Virus record (IMG/VR): IMGVR_UViG_3300032236_001850 | Location: 124,001 to 188,000 of that record | DNA length: 64,000 nucleotides | Reading direction: 5' to 3' (one strand) | Part shown: positions 63,154 through 64,000 of the stretch, piece by piece | Layout of the letters: the number at the start of each line of letters is the position of its first letter | Position numbering within the stretch: the first letter of the stretch is position 1 | Notes under the pieces: generated by a model | The model's database searches: none | The model's input: only the letters and a program-made list of their open reading frames with translations | Told to the model about the DNA's origin: nothing | Made by a program: the position numbers and the translations under genes

Positions 63154-63504
63154 ATGGGAACATTAAAAGCAGGAGACATGGTGATGGTAACCACACAGAA
63201 CGCAAACGGTGTGGGATTCATCTATAACACATATCCAGACAAACCAGAGGAAGGAGTCCTAAGAGCATCCATAGCCTGGAGCGACGGTGGATGTAGCGAC
63301 GGCCTTGTTATTTCGGAATTCAAAACCATAGAGAAAACCGGGGTGCTTACAGAAGAGAAAGGAAAAGAAATAATCAAGGAATTAGATGAATTTGCATCGG
63401 GTCTGGATAAGTATTCATTAGGCTTGCCTGGTGGAGTTGACCACACAGGAGAAATGGTTCATATAATCCGAATGGGTCTAATCAACGAGACCGTGGAAGC
63501 TTAG
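63154..63504 (+). CDS. SH3/KOW-like protein with C-terminal extension
   Basis: LKAGDMVMV...IAWSDG; paralog of 60420. Confidence 0.8.
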   Translation: MGTLKAGDMVMVTTQNANGVGFIYNTYPDKPEEGVLRASIAWSDGGCSDGLVISEFKTIEKTGVLTEEKGKEIIKELDEFASGLDKYSLGLPGGVDHTGEMVHIIRMGLINETVEA

Positions 63505-63506
63505 TT

Positions 63507-63779
63507 ATGAGTGTTTCGATCAACGGTGAAGGCGCGAAGCTCTGGGGATTAGTCAGAGTTGATAGGGATCGCTACAGAGACACTTCACTGGAAATGTGGC
63601 TGGCCAACGATGAGGAACATCTTAAAGAGCAGATAAAGGAGGAATATCTACAGGATTACAATGACGGTGATTGGTTTAGAAAGGAGGTCGAGAAGGATTT
63701 TGAAGCGGATTGGGAATACACCATATTACCATTTGAAATAGACCTGAGCGGACTAGTAAAACCGTGGACCAAACTTTAA
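63507..63779 (+). CDS. Acidic hypothetical protein
   Basis: 90 aa. Confidence 0.78.
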   Translation: MSVSINGEGAKLWGLVRVDRDRYRDTSLEMWLANDEEHLKEQIKEEYLQDYNDGDWFRKEVEKDFEADWEYTILPFEIDLSGLVKPWTKL

Positions 63780-63844
63780 CGGTTTTTATCGTTGTGATTA
63801 CAAATAATTTCTTACTTTTACTCTGTAATTAAAATCAACCCATT

Positions 63845-64000
63845 ATGACAAAAGCAACATTAAGACAACAATTAGAAGCCTTCGATAGAGGCATTTACCT
63901 CGATTCCGACGGTAAGGAAAGTTGGTGCTACACTTTCTACGATTGGTTCTGTCAGGACTCATCACTGAAGAGAAAATCTGATAAATTATTCAAACAGGTT
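63845..64000 (+). CDS. Hypothetical protein, 3' partial
   Basis: ATG 63845 after class II promoter; FYDWFCQDSSL; runs off the window. Confidence 0.75.
   Translation, partial: MTKATLRQQLEAFDRGIYLDSDGKESWCYTFYDWFCQDSSLKRKSDKLFKQV

Larger units (their letters stand above)
56360..63822 (+). promoter_or_regulatory. Class II early promoters with TTTAACG...ATCGT upstream element (grouped entry)
   Basis: Near 56361, 57665 (ATCGT part only), 58243, 59018, 60348, 60808, 61382 (ATCGT part only), 62048, 62400, 63082, 63775; -7 box TATATTTG or variants; then GTAATTAAAA leader. Confidence 0.85.

Noticed and set aside
12276-63446. Numerous antisense or nested ORFs in the track (e.g. 12276..12629, 36695..37111, 59260..59598, 62681..63070)
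   Set aside because: Shadow frames of well-supported genes, with no own promoter
1-64000. Genome-wide stop-codon reassignment (TGA or TAG)
   Set aside because: TGA and TAG end many genes with ATGA overlaps or tag-terminated C-termini, and coding density is already high under code 11; only 47054 looks like an internal stop
1-64000. tRNA genes, IS elements, integrase
   Set aside because: No T-loop/CCA cloverleaf, DDE or tyrosine-recombinase motif seen by eye

Overview
AT-rich fragment of a large dsDNA (jumbo-type) bacteriophage, densely packed with about 150 mostly short ORFs. No capsid, terminase, polymerase, tRNA, CRISPR array or transposase was recognised in this window. About 30 Bacteroidota-type promoters (TAnnTTTG at -7, short A-rich leaders without Shine-Dalgarno) imply a Bacteroidota host. 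A second motif, GATATATA (T4-late-like), sits in front of or at the head of runs of about 26 genes whose products begin with a T4 capsid-targeting-like leader (MK/R-x-I-x-x-F/Y-x-x-F...E). Recognisable products: secreted NucA-type nuclease, CHAP amidase, two GH73 glucosaminidases, PEP-synthase-like ATP-grasp/phospho-His protein, HNH and GIY-YIG endonucleases, RadA/Sms-like ATPase, DUF932, two ART-fold proteins, 22-aa LRR proteins, ParB-like, Lar-like, SEC-C, DUF4313-like, DUF4314 and WYL_2-like proteins. The most unusual signals: (1) an apparent combinatorial terminal-tag code on otherwise unrelated proteins (N-terminal leader, C-terminal W/F-x-K-I-R/K, C-terminal 45-aa TGIKD module); (2) eight gene junctions with an exact 19-nt dual-coding overlap; (3) two dispersed palindromic DNA elements (CACCG-N7-CGGTG x8; CATASTATG-TTASTAA-CATASTATG x6) tied to promoter-gene-terminator cassettes; (4) two adjacent tagged genes interrupted by an in-frame TGA and by an A-AAA-AAG -1 site; (5) a GC-rich, skew-flipping non-coding locus near 51 kb (possible origin or terminus); (6) an 86-nt candidate structured RNA. 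All protein calls are by-eye motif recognition; no database search was run.
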